The notes under the pieces: generated by a model
Databases searched by the model: none
What the model saw: the letters and a program-made list of their open reading frames with translations, nothing else
What the model was told of the DNA's origin: nothing
Part shown: positions 36,203 to 48,166 of the stretch, one piece after another
How positions within the stretch are numbered: position 1 is the stretch's first letter
How the letters are laid out: each line of letters opens with the position of its first letter
Assembly (NCBI GenBank): GCA_013265495.1
Contig: MU057989.1
Span: 573,513 to 637,512, forward strand
Length of the DNA: 64,000 nt
Direction of reading: 5' to 3'
DNA from: Vicugna vicugna
Taxonomy: Eukaryota
Made by a program: the position numbers and the translations under genes

Positions 36203-37200
36203 TGTAATGAAGTAACATTCATAGTTTAAAGCAAGACAAGAAAATTTAAACATAATTTTTTTCTCCACCCATTTGGGCCTCCTCCCTCCCCTCTTGTGTG
36301 CCTTGTGCATCTGTATTATGCACTAACCAGACCTCCCCAACAGCAGGAATACCTGCTCAACCATAAAGGTCAAATTTTCTTCTTCTGATGTCAGCCATGT
36401 AACTCCTTTGAAGACAACATTCCTTTCTCAATCCTATAATGAGTCACGATGCATGTATTTTTGGTGAACTTTATGTATAAAGCCAATATATCATTTCTCT
36501 TAAAGATAATGAATGGTGCAGAACAGACCAGGTCAGATGACCTGGGGAGATACTGGGCTGAACTTAATGGAAGTTTGTAGATTAAATACTTCCTGATGGC
36601 CATATTAATGATACTAGCTTTACTACTTGTCTTCTATTTTACAAGATTATTGTTTCTTGTATTACCGAATGTGTGTCTGAGTCTTCGATAAAAATAATTG
36701 ACTAGGTTACTTGAAATGATTGATCAAATATACAGTTCTATAAGATCAATGATTTTAATGGTGTAACTCTAGATCTGGGAAGAAGCAACAGTAGGGAGCC
36801 ATTTCCTGGACTACGACAGACTAGTAAAACAGAAAAGTCAGTCCAGAGGCTTTTGGCTGTTGTTAACAGTCCAGTAATAGCATGCTGAGTGGCCTATCAA
36901 TGAAATCCTTCCTTGACCTGGGTATAAGCATTCCTAGCACCGTGGACAAACTGGTCATGAAATGCCTCCAAACCTTGGTCAAAATGAAGACTTGAAAGGG
37001 AGATTATGAAACATAGAATGTTGGCCACTATCCAGTACTGCAAGAATAGTCATTAGCCATTGCCGTCACTGACCTGCAACATACCCTGAAAGGAATTCCC
37101 GGTGAAAATCAGAACGAGGCATTTTGTGCTCTGGGAAAACGGGCAGAACTGGCCCTCAGATGGGTAGATATTATTGGGAAAATTTTTTATGAACTCAGTT
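36203..37200 (+). mobile_element. ERV1/MER41-like LTR, probably 3'-truncated
   Basis: Starts TGTAATG right after the L1; contains gacctgcaacataccctgaaagga...gtgctctgggaaaac..gcagaac..gccc..agat, typical of artiodactyl ERV1 LTRs; no clear TSD found. Confidence 0.5.
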
Positions 37201-38142
37201 CCATCACTTGTTGAAAGATTATTCTTTCTCCACTGAAGGGCTATCACCTTCGTGGTACTAACCATGTAAGTGTGATCTATTTCGGGACTTCCGTTAAGAT
37301 GGGTGTATTTACGTGTCTGCTACTTTGCCAAAACCAACGCAGGGGTGGAGGGCGTCCCAGCGGTTAGCAGTCCCTCTTCTTCGCCCACCCTTCTGGGCTC
37401 AGCTCACTTCAGCTCCCTTGCCATACCTGTCGCCTGTTCCCCACTAGGACATCCCGGTGGAGAGGACTCCCAAGTGAGCTGCCAGCTGATCCGACCACGT
37501 GTTGGGTGCGATCCTCACTGGTGAGCTGCCGGCGCGCTCAACCCTCCCTCAAACTCTGGCCGCTGGACAGACAACCGATGGCGCGAAGAACCGGGCCGGT
37601 TTCCGGCCTGTCGTGAAGCCCAGGCTGGCTGCGCATGCGCGGGTCGCAGCCGGGCCTCATCTCGCCACTTCAGCAATTAGTATTGCCTGTCCCTCGCAGT
37701 CCGGGGTCTCAACGCCATCGCGCTGCGGGCGCTTCTCCGGGGCTTCGGTCGGGGGCGCGGCTAGCTACTTTACACATGCCAGAGAGAAGTGTGCTGGGCA
37801 CAGGACCCAGGCGGGAGACTCAGCTTCGTGACATTATCGTACATTCTTTCTAGAGGAGTTTAGGAGGAAATGAGAAGCAGTATGTAGAGCGCCTAGCATA
37901 GTGTCACGCACTTAGTAGGTGCTCAGACCGTGTTAGCCAGTGCCAGATGTTTGCCAATTGTGTGAAGAGGGCCCAGGTGTCAGCTGGGGCTGGATCCCAA
38001 AGCCCGCTCCCTCGGCAACGCGGGATGCCCCCTGCCGGCCGGCTGCCCTCTCTCGGGCCCGCATGGAGTATGCGCACAAGGCACGGCCGTTTTGCCGCCC
38101 GTATTGTTTGGCCCCGGCTGCGCGCCGTCGCGGGCTCCGCGC

Positions 38143-38156
38143 GTTGCCATAGAGAC
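38143..38156. promoter_or_regulatory. RFX X-box
   Basis: GTTGCCATAGAGAC (reverse complement GTCTCTATGGCAAC) about 60-70 nt upstream of the CLUAP1 ATG, as expected for an IFT gene. Confidence 0.8.
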
Positions 38157-38213
38157 TCATGAGCGCTGAGTGGCGAGCTGCGGAGACCGTTGGCTTCTCC
38201 GGAGCAGAGCGCC

Positions 38214-38235
38214 ATGTCTTTCCGCGACCTCCGCA
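38214..38235 (+). CDS. CLUAP1: Clusterin-associated protein 1 / IFT38, coding exon 1
   Basis: gccATG TCT TTC CGC GAC CTC CGC A|gtaagg = MSFRDLR(N); 22 nt. Confidence 0.93.
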
Positions 38236-40496
38236 GTAAGGCAGCCCTGCCCTCTGTGACTTGCAGTCTTCCCAAGACTCGGGCTCAGGCCTGGCGCGCC
38301 CCCTGACCTGGCTCCGCCGAGGCTCGCGCGCCGGAGCCCCCTCCCGGGCCTCTGCAGCCCAGGGGCGCCCCTGGCGCGCTGCCAACCCCGAGGCTGAGCG
38401 CCCCGGCCCTTCCTTGTTTCGTAACATTTTCTGCGATGATGGGAGGTTGTGTATCTGCCACGAGTGGCTAGTGCGGCTGAGGAACCTAAGTTTTAATTTT
38501 ATCTAACATTAATCGGTTTATATAGCTACATGGGGCTGTTCGCGATCGTATTGGGAAACGCAGAGACCGTTTTTGAGTTGGGTTAGCTTAGAGCTCAGAG
38601 AAATGAACAACAAAACCTAGGAGAGGGCTGGTGAATAATGATAATTGCAGGTAAAATTTTCCGATGTTAGTTCGGTACTTCCTGTCCTATGTACGTGCAT
38701 CATTTCATTTACTCCTCTAAACAGCTGTGCTCCTGCATTTACAGACGAGGAAATGGGCACAAAGAGGTCAGGTAACTCGGTAAACAGACACAGGTGGTAA
38801 GAGCTGGTGCTGGAGTGTGAATTCATCTTGTCTAACCTCCAAAGTCTGCGTCCTTATCTAAAGGACCTGGTGAGGCGAAGGAAACCTATGTGCCTTGTCT
38901 AGAAGGGTGGGGAAGTGGAAGAATGGGGATAAGAGACTTAGTTACTACTACTTTGGGGGACACCTGTTACACAGCAGGGATTTTACATCAGTATCTTATT
39001 TTAGTCCTCACTTAAACAGTGAGATGTAGCGTATAATTCTTTGAGGCACAAAGAGGTAAAGTAGCTTACTTCAGGTCACACAGCTAGAACTGGGTGGAAA
39101 CAAGGATCAAAACATCAGACTGTGACTCAATCTCTTGCCTTTTGTACACTATCATTTTCTGACTTTGTAGCAGTGCAGCCAACTGGCCCCACCTGCATTG
39201 GTGTAGCAGGCATTGCCAATTTGAGGGTGATCTGAGGGACCTCTTTAAGGCCAATTTTCTAACCGAGTTGCTGGTGCCTGAAATTTCACCATTAAAAATT
39301 ACTCCTTTCAGTTTGAATTGCTCTTTTCTTACAATGTAAACATACAGGAAGAGGCACCACATTTTACTGATGCTTACTAGCACTGTTATGTGAGTTTATG
39401 CCCTCTGGGATTTGGGGGTTCTTGGTGCCCTTATGTCATAGAGACCAGTGTCTCCTCCCTCTTAATTTGGGAAGGCTGGCATTCTGCTAGGGGACGTTGA
39501 ATGGAGTTGTGTTGGGAAGAGTGTACAGGAAGGGGATTTCTGAGCATTTTGACCTTAAAGTGCCATTACAATTGTGCATTTTATGGTAAGAATCTTATTG
39601 TCTCCATCTTGACAATAATACTGCGGAATTAACAGAACTTGACTACTCTTTAGCTTGGTGAAATGTTTAGGTGGTGCCTGACTCTGTGATGGGAGAGCTG
39701 CTGCTTTGTTTTCCATCATTTCAATTCAGATTTCCCCCAAAACAGTGATGGGGCCCTCCTATGCTGCTGCTCTTCCCTGTGCTCTTCTCTTCTCTTCTCT
39801 TGTGTTGTCTGGTGAAATCCAGTCTAACCTCCAATTGCCCAGGTCGCTTATTTGTGAATATCATTGGGACATTTTGCATCTCTACCTTCAAGAAGAGTGA
39901 GGACAGATGTTGTATAGCCAGAAGCACACTGAATATAGATCTTGGCACATCGTGAGAACTGAAAAAATACTGTGTTTATTTCCAAGTCTTGCTTAAAGCT
40001 TAGTGACCACAACAAGTATTAGTATTACTGTTCTAGCCTGTTTGATAATAAACCTAAATATTGCTCTACAGTTCAACCATTCTCTTTAAGATTTCTGTAA
40101 ATACAGCGCAACTGACGTCTTAAATTTGTGTTACTAAGGTCCTGTGTGCTCCCTAAAAAAAGAGGACAACTCAGGAATAACTCAGGAACACGGACTTCAC
40201 CTTACCACTGTCACCCCGCAAAAAACACAATTAATGTTTAAAAATGTTTTTCTTTATGACATTTCATAAAGCCAGCTAGTTCTCATTTTAAGTGGTAAAG
40301 AGAAAGATATCCAAGAGATAAATGAGGTATCCAAGAGAGAAATTAAATTCACAGCCAGTCCCAAAACCCCGTTTTAATGTATAGTTTCTACTTCTCCCGT
40401 TGAACTTAAATAAGTGTTTTTCACGAAGCAGATTAAGTATTTTAACTTTTATCTTCTTTTTTTCTTTCTTTCTTAGAGTTGATAAATAGTCCATAA

Positions 40497-40733
<237 letters not shown>

Positions 40734-41059
40734 TAAGAATGAATACTAGATTTTATTCATCAGCTGCCTAGAAACAGGATACTTTTGTGAAGCAAAAAGA
40801 AAAGTTCAGTAAAATTGGACAGAGTCATTTGTAACCTGTTAAAAATCAGCTGAGTGTGAAGAACGCTGTGGGAGGAGGGAGTGCACCAGGCAGCGGTTAA
40901 AGAATTCTCAGTAGGAAGCAGGCACTTGGGGCTCATCCAGGCTCCTCCTCATCCTCTCACCTTCATGAGGGAGTAACAGGACCTCCTCACACATTCCATT
41001 GAGCACACTGGATTGAAAATAATTTAGATTTCATTTTGCATGAAAAATCTAATTTGATT

Positions 41060-41240
41060 CGGGATTGGCAAACTTTTTGTTAAGGAGATAGCAAGTCTTT
41101 CAGGCATTGCAGGGTACGTAAGATCTCTGTCATATATTCTTCCTTGTGTTTTATTTTTTGTAACCCTTTAAAAATGTGAAAACCCTTCTTAGGTTGCAGG
41201 CTGTACAGAAAGAGGTCAAGGGCTGCAGTCCGCTGACCCC
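41060..41240. mobile_element. MER58-like DNA transposon relic
   Basis: gggattggcaaacttttt...taaaaatgtgaaaacccttcttag...gctgacccc. Confidence 0.55.
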
Positions 41241-41575
41241 GCTGACCCCTGGTGTGTCACCAATAACTCAGAGGAAGGAACTCCAGCAACTGCTGGGTCA
41301 GGGGCTGGCAGCTGGAGTAATAGTTCTGATTATTTTAATTAAACTTTGGAGTCCGAGATAGGTTTAATGTTGTAAGCTGGGCCCCAAATTTGATTTTTAA
41401 AATCCATTAAGCCTATCGTTAGGTGAGGATTTGTTTTTTCGGATGTTTGGTATTTTGTGTTGCTTCTGAAGCCTTTTCTTACTCCTGCTCCCTTAGCTGG
41501 GGACTCAGCTTCCTGTTCTTTCTCACTGTGGACTTTTTGCTTAATTAACTCGTATCTTCTCTCTCCCTGCAATAG

Positions 41576-41660
41576 GTATGAACCTCAGACTGACATCCCT
41601 TCTGATGTTGAGACTGAACAAGACCGAGTTTTCTTCATTAAGGCAGTTGCTCAGTTCATG
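41576..41660 (+). CDS. CLUAP1: CLUAP1 exon 3
   Basis: YEPQTDIPSDVETEQDRVFFIKAVAQFM; atag| and |gttagt; 85 nt. Confidence 0.96.
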
Positions 41661-41715
41661 GTTAGTTCACAGTTATTTGATGGAGTTGTACAATTAAATA
41701 TGTTAGAAGGAGATG

Positions 41716-41812
41716 AAGACAACAAGGTCCTACTGTGTAGCACAAGGGATTGTATTCAATACCTTGTAGTAGCCTATGGTGAAACAGAATATGAAAAAGA
41801 ATACACAAATAA
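41716..41812 (+). mobile_element. Short L1 3'UTR fragment in the 257-nt CLUAP1 intron 3
   Basis: acaacaaggtcctactgtgtagcacaaggg..tattcaataccttgtagtagcctatggtgaaa, same family text as 166-362 and 51176-51570. Confidence 0.7.
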
Positions 41813-41917
41813 AAGTGAATCATGTTGGCAGAGACAGTTTCAAATGACCTACATGGGATTTGCTTTAGATTTTACATGGAAAAGATCTTAAACTTCTTTT
41901 TTTTGGTCTGAAAATAG

Positions 41918-42097
41918 GCCACCAAGGCACATATAAAACTCAATACTAAGAAGCTTTATCAAGCAGATGGGCACGCAGTGAAAGAGCTGTTGAAGATCAC
42001 GTCTGTCCTGTACAACGCTATGATGACCAAAGGGATGGAGGGCTCTAAGACAGGAGAGGAAGATACCAGCAAGTTCAAGTTTGATATTAGCTCAAAG
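41918..42097 (+). CDS. CLUAP1: CLUAP1 exon 4
   Basis: [60 protein letters not shown]; atag| and |gtaagg; 180 nt. Confidence 0.96.
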
Positions 42098-42681
42098 GTA
42101 AGGGCAAGGAAGGCTTGCCGTGAGGGATGGGATGTTTATTTCTCAAACTGTGAAACGGAGCCCGTCAGGTACAGCGCCCCTTCTTTCCTCACTGCTTGAC
42201 CGAGGCCCGAGGTTTGTGCTCATCTGCTTTTGGATAAAAACAGAAGGGACGATACATGCAACTATTTATTGAAAGCCTTCTGTCTGCCAGGCACCGTTCC
42301 AGCACCAGGGATACAGGCGTGAACGGCAAGGATAGGAATCCTCTGTACCCACGGCTCAGCTTGTGGAGTCAGGCCATAAACCCCAAAGCAGAAGGAGCAG
42401 CGGGTAAGACGTGCTGAGTGTGTGCAGGATAGCAAAGTGGGGGAGGGCTGCAGGGCATGGAGGTGGCATCCCACGTAGGGAGCTGGGTCAGCCTCAGGGT
42501 GACAGTCCTCACCCTGAGGATTGGGTGACATCTTCAGCAGAGATCTGAAGGAGGAAAAGAGCAGGCCATTCAGTGGAAGGTGGGCTGTGTGTGTTTGAGG
42601 AAATGCAAGGGAGCCATGTGGTCAGAGTTGGGAGGGGAGGCAGTGATAGACCCTGTGGTCCCTGGGTCCTTTAAAACTGAC

Positions 42682-42814
42682 TTTTTGGTTTTTGGGTTTT
42701 TTTGTAGGGGTAGGGGGTAATTTGGTTTGTTTATTTAATAGAGGCACTGGGGATTGAACCCAGGACCTCGTTCATGCTAAGCATGCACTTACCACTGAGC
42801 TCTACTCTTCCCCC
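42682..42814 (-). mobile_element. tRNA-Ala-derived SINE
   Basis: ggggattgaacccaggacctcgttcatgctaagcatgcacttaccactgagctctactcttcccc with T-rich tail; gacttttt on both flanks. Confidence 0.85.
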
Positions 42815-42966
42815 AGAAGACTTTTTTACCTGAGGTGGAAAATCGTTGAGTTTTGAAGAGAGAAGGGCATGACTAGAAACTTTACATTAGAGGAATCACT
42901 CTGGTTGCTGGGTTAAGATCAGACTGAAGGGGAAAGCAGAGGCGGAAGTGTTAGAAAGCAAGAGAT

Positions 42967-43103
42967 GGGGGAGAGTATAGCTCAGTGGTAGAGCGTGTGC
43001 TTAGCATGCATGAGGTCCTGGGTTCAATCCCCAGTATCCCCATTTAAAAAAAAAATTCAATAAATAAACCTGATTACTCCCCCTGCCAAAAAAAAATTTA
43101 AAA
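42967..43103 (+). mobile_element. tRNA-Ala-derived SINE
   Basis: gtatagctcagtggtagagcgtgtgcttagcatgcatgaggtcctgggttcaatccccagtatcccca followed by family tail. Confidence 0.9.
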
Positions 43104-44179
43104 AGCCAGAAAGAGACAATGGTGACTTTGAGTGGAGCACAGGTCGAGTGCTCAGCTGAGCTTAGGGAGAGAGGATGAGCTGCCAGTGTCTGAGGACTCA
43201 AAGCAACAAGCCAAAAATGAGAACTGTCTTTAACTGCGGTGGTATAAGCCAGGGGCTAAAACCAGAGGAAGTATCAACTCCCTGTTTCACACGATTACTT
43301 TGGCAGCTTTAATGCACCCAGAGGTGTGGGAGGGCTGGGAGTGGAAAAGTAGGTACTGAGTCAGTGGGAAAAGTGGCCTTAGTTTTCTCCCCACCTTCCC
43401 CATAAGGTGGCCTCAGCAGAGGCACTGAAGAAGACTGGGGTCCACACCTCAGATAAAGAGACCTGGGAATGAGGAATGCAGGGCTGGGAATGCAGCTCTT
43501 TATCAGGATATGCCTGGCCAGAGGGCCTGAGTCCTTGACTGCAACTGTCTTCAGAGACTGCAGGGCACTGGTGTTGGGGTCGGCATTCCCCATGTGGCCT
43601 GCCAGGTAAAGTTGCTGTAATTGACTGTAATTGCTGTAATTGAGGTCAGGCCTCAAAAATCATACACAGGAGCCAGACTCCTCAGTGGAAGGAAGTAACC
43701 AGAGGTTAGGATGCATTTTGAAGGTAGATCTAATGGGATTGGATGTAGGTTGAAAGAAAACAGGCAGCCCAAGGAGGATCCTGAAGCAGCTCTGTGCAGC
43801 GGCACTCCCTGTGACCGTGGGTGTGTTTGCACGTATGCTATGCCATACAGTAGCCACTAGCCACGTGTTGCCAGCATGACCAAGGAACTGAGGTTTACAT
43901 TCTATATAATGGTAAACAGTTTAACACTGAAGATGCCTATATGTGACTAGTGGATAGTATTCGATATCATAGCTCCAAGGTTTTTGGTCTGAGTACCTGC
44001 AGGGATGAAGTTGCCATTTACTGAAATGGAGAAGAGTGTGGAAGGAATAGGGTTGTCAGGAAAGATGAGGGGTTCGCTTTGGGGCATGTTAAATTTGCAA
44101 TGTCCATGAGATATCCAAGTGGAGACGTTGACCTTTAGCTCAGAGCTTTAATCTCGGTATTAAAGCTGAGAGCTTCTCA

Positions 44180-44339
44180 GGGGAAAGGCATAGCTCAAGC
44201 AGTAGACTGCATGCTTAGCATGCACGAGGTCCTGGATTCAATCCCCAGTACCTCCTCTAAAAATAAATAAATCTAATTACTTCCTCCCACCAAAATAAAT
44301 AAATAAATAAAAACTGCAATTAAAAATAACTTAAAAATG
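44180..44339 (+). mobile_element. tRNA-Ala-derived SINE with perfect 18-bp TSD
   Basis: aaagctgagagcttctca at 44162-44179 and 44340-44357. Confidence 0.92.
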
Positions 44340-44353
44340 AAAGCTGAGAGCTT

Positions 44354-44765
44354 CTCAAACTCTTCCGAAAGGTTGAAGAGGAGGGAATGCTCTCAAACTC
44401 ATTCTATGAAGCAACGATCACCCTGATACCAAAGCCAGGCAAAAACACTACCAAATAAGAAAACTGTGGGCCAGTATTATTGATGAACATGGATGCAAAA
44501 ATCCTCAACAAAATATTAGCAAACAGAATCCAACAACACATAAAAAAGATTATGTACCATAGGGTCAAATTGGGTTCATCCCAGGGAAACAAAGATAGTT
44601 CAACATATGCAAATCAATCAGTGTAATACACCACATCAACAAAAGAAAGGACAAAAGTCACATGATCGTCTCAATAGATGTAGAAAAAGCTTTTGATTAA
44701 ACTCAACACCCATTTATGATAAAAACTCTAACCAAATTGGGTATAAGAGGGAGCATATCTAAAAA
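44354..44765 (+). mobile_element. Internal L1 ORF2 fragment (start of RT region), truncated at both ends
   Basis: Translates to degenerate [16 protein letters not shown]...[23 protein letters not shown]...[13 protein letters not shown]; target sequence aaagctgagagctt on both sides. Confidence 0.9.
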
Positions 44766-45681
44766 TAAAGCTGAGAGCTTAGGAGGGAGTGTGAAAGAAA
44801 ACTGTGTGAAGAAGTGTGAAAAGAAGTGTGAAGGAAAATTGGAAATTCACTGCTATTAGTCCAGGAGCTGGACTATCGGAGCAGAATCCTGGAGGACCAA
44901 TGAAATGGGAAGAAAGTCGTCAGTTGTGAATGGACAGGGAGAGTTGTCGCTTGTGGTTTGAAAATGAAAGAGGGGAGGTGGGAATTCATTGTTGAGGGGA
45001 GAGAGAGAGTGGGCAGAGCTGAGAAATGTTTGTGCTCTTTGGAAATTGAGCATCTTCCAGAAAGAGAGGGTGATATGCAAATCCCAAGAAAGAAGCTTGT
45101 GCAGAGGGCTGGAGGCTAATCCATCATCGCTGTCACCTTCACAGCAGGACCTTGTGGGAGCCGGGTGCTGTTGTAAGGCCTTCATGCGTGTGAACTCATC
45201 TGAGCCTCACAGCAGCCCTGTGAAGTCAGTCTAAAGGCAGAGGATGAGGGAACAGGGAGGATTTAACATGGAGCATCAGGATTCCATGATAGGAATGTGT
45301 CCCTGGGGTTGCCCCTCCTCTGGTTACCCCGCAGCTGCTGGGGTCCCTTATTGTGACCTAGTCCAAATAGGAAGTGTGTCAGCCTTTACCCCACTACATC
45401 TCCTGGTTGCAGAGGACAATTGACCTGACATTCGGGTTTTCAGAGAGACCCAGGTGGCCTGGAATCAGCCTAATTTGTACTTAGATCAGTGATCCCTAGA
45501 CTGGTGTCTTGGGAGCTCTCTTCTGCAGGATGTGAACATGTGTCTTCTGGAAAACGTGCTCTGTAGTCACGTAAGTCAAGTATCCCAACTGAAGGTGGGA
45601 ATGGGTACGAACAGGTTGGTTCTTTCTGAATGCCTATTAAAAACCTGTTACTAGAATTTGGTTTTGATTTTTTCTTTCCAG

Positions 45682-45777
45682 ATTGCAGATTTGAAAGCAG
45701 CCAGGCAGCTTGCTTCAGAAATCACTTCCAAAGGAGCATATCTGTATGACTTGCTGGGCAAGGAGGTGGAGTTGAGG
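45682..45777 (+). CDS. CLUAP1: CLUAP1 exon 5
   Basis: [32 protein letters not shown]; ttccag| and |gtaagc; 96 nt. Confidence 0.96.
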
Positions 45778-46114
45778 GTAAGCAGTGTTCAGATAATTCA
45801 GTCACCTCCTTAACTAAGCAGATTTCTACGGTTTTTTTTCCAATTCTGTTTTTCCCTGTTTTCTGATTTTATTCAACTATACCTGATTAACTGAGATACT
45901 GTGTGGGAAAGTAACATACATACAGTGTTTGCTGCTGTTCCTGCTTCTGGTGGGCACTGGTCTGTTTCTGGTACCTTTGGCATCTGGTTCAGAAATGGCA
46001 AATAAGTGCCTGTTGCTAGAACGTTCCTCCTTGTGCCCGTGACAGGCTTTATTGATCATGATGTGTTTCCTCAGTCTCAGCACCCTGCCCAGCAACATGC
46101 TCTTCTGAGCCTGT

Positions 46115-46565
46115 GGTTCCCAAATCGTGTTGCCCAGCGGAGTCACCTGGGGATCTTTACAAACTCCTGATGCCTGGCTTCCATTCTGGTGTCATTGGCA
46201 TAGAATGTGACTTGGGTTTCGGGAGTTTTGAGTCTCCTGGGTGATTCTAACATATAGCAGAGCTGGGAACCAGTAATTAATCTAGGCGGCCCCTAGTAAT
46301 CAGTTGAAGTTGATGTTACAGTTGAAATTTATTTGCAATCCTTATTCCAGCCAATGCTAGTCAAGGAGTATGCTCTATCCCCTGTGTTTAAGGAGCTGTT
46401 GAAGATTAGGTTCCTAAAACTCAGAGCTCCAAAGAGCTTTTAAATCACCTGATGTCCCAGTTGCACCCCCTCTACATGACGGAGAATCGAAATGTCTAGT
46501 AGTTAGAGCCAGATTTTTAAAGATCTCCAGGTGATTCCAATGTGCAGCAGTTTGGGACCTACTAG
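46115..46565. mobile_element. Two MER5A-like relics
   Basis: gtggttcccaaa...tcacctgggga...ctcctgggtgattctaa and ctccaggtgattccaatgtgcagc..gtttgggacc. Confidence 0.5.
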
Positions 46566-47687
46566 TTGAAGAAGAGATGGAGTATTGTTTAATTCTGCCT
46601 GTAGGGATTTATGGCATTTATGCTCACATCTAATGTTTTTGAGTTAAATGCATTCAATTCATTCCATTCCCATCAGATGTATCATCCCTGACTATTCTTT
46701 CACGGCCTTGCCTATATTCTGGCATTGCTGATACAGTGTCATGGTGTTTTTCCTCCCACTTTTCATTTCTGCCCCAGGAGCTGGCCGGAAGCTGGGGACC
46801 TGGGTGCCAGCTCACCGTCCCTGCTTTTGATATATTGACCGAGTGGTTGCCATCTGGTGAAGTGTAGTTGGCAGAACAAAACTGCCATTGCTGCCTAAGT
46901 GCTAATTTAGATAAGCAGTGAGGCAGCTCTGGGCCGGCCGTGTTTTCTGTTTGTAGTGCCATAGTGAACGTTTCTCCAGGTGTTCATCACAGACCCAGAG
47001 ACAAGAGCCAGTTGCCTGCTGTTTGCCAGCAGAGCTGCAGCTTCATTGTGAGACTTGGTGAACTCACCAGGGTCCCCCGGGGGCCCTTGGAGCACCGTCC
47101 TGTGATGAACTGATGAATCAGTTAGCAGCTGAACTGTTTCTATGGAAGCCATGAGACCCTGAATGTAGTACTTCTCAGATTCTGTATATGGTCTTGATCT
47201 GAGGAGGATCCCCATCTCAACAAACATTCATTGAGGACTGACACCAGCCACAGGCAAGGAAGGCACCGTGCTCTATCCTTGAGTGGGTCGTGGTCCCTGC
47301 CCTCAGCAGCTTCCCACCAGTGGGGAAGGTGAGGTGCACTGTGGAATAAGGAAGCATAAGACAGAGTTTGGTAAAGTGCTTCAGGAACCTCGTAACTGCA
47401 TCCACGTTAAACTCCCCTGTCTCACAAGTTTTCCAGTACTGACGCGATAGGCACAGATGCCTCCCTTGATGATTAGTGGTTCGTGCTAAGGGCACAGCCA
47501 AGATCTCACCAGGTACGGTTGTCAGTGATGGGAAACTTGGAGGGGCGTGTCATAAAGAAGGTTCTGGAGGCTGGCAGGGGGCCAGACAGCAAGGTGAGCT
47601 GCACTTGGTTTGGGGTTACCTGAATGGAATGCAGATGAAGAAGCAAATTTAGGAGAAAGGATTATGGATAGTGAGTTTAGTTGCCCA

Positions 47688-47778
47688 CAGCTGAATGGTA
47701 GAGTGCATGCTTAGCATGCATGAGGACCTGGGTTCAATCCCCAGTATTTCTGTTTTAAAAAAATTAAAAAATAAAAAG
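47688..47778 (+). mobile_element. tRNA-Ala-derived SINE, 5'-truncated
   Basis: tggtagagtgcatgcttagcatgcatgaggacctgggttcaatccccagta plus A tail. Confidence 0.85.
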
Positions 47779-48082
47779 AATAGATGCCATTAATCTCTTA
47801 ACAAGTGTTCAAAACTTATAAAATATTAATTGTGAGTTAGCCCCGGTCAGATGGGCATATTTCCTCCTCACAACCTCACATGAGAAAAATATTTATCTTC
47901 CTTACACTGATGAGAATACTGAGAATACAGAAGACACTTGGAGGGGGGTGGGTGATGGCAGAAATGTCTTTGCATGAGAGACCCACTGAGAACCAGTCCA
48001 TAAGCCATATCTAGATCTGGGAACTGGTCCTGAGATTCCTCTTCTGAAAAAATACATCATTTCATTTCATTGTTTCCCGTAG

Positions 48083-48166
48083 AAACTGAGAACAGAAGCA
48101 ATTGCCAGACCTCTGGAAATAAATGAAATGGAAAAAGTGATGAGAATTGCAATAAAAGAAACTTTG
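48083..48166 (+). CDS. CLUAP1: CLUAP1 exon 6
   Basis: KLRTEAIARPLEINEMEKVMRIAIKETL; cgtag| and |gtgaga; 84 nt. Confidence 0.95.

Larger units (their letters stand above)
37480..38420 (+). promoter_or_regulatory. CLUAP1: CpG-island promoter of CLUAP1
   Basis: CpG-dense; NRF1 TGCGCATGCGCG 37630-37641; X-box 38143-38156; spans exon 1. Confidence 0.85.

Noticed and set aside
42967..43042. Functional tRNA-Ala(AGC) gene (also at 1797, 32459, 35828)
   Set aside because: Mismatched acceptor stems, SINE tails and TSDs show these are retroposed SINE copies
44788..44836. Short repeated gtgtgaa(g/a)a units and similar micro-duplications (41231, 43613, 50013)
   Set aside because: Ordinary slippage-type repeats with no spacer structure or other sign of function
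48151..48156. AATAAA in CLUAP1 exon 6 as a polyA signal
   Set aside because: Explained by codons GCA ATA AAA and lies just upstream of a donor where U1 would suppress cleavage; no other support
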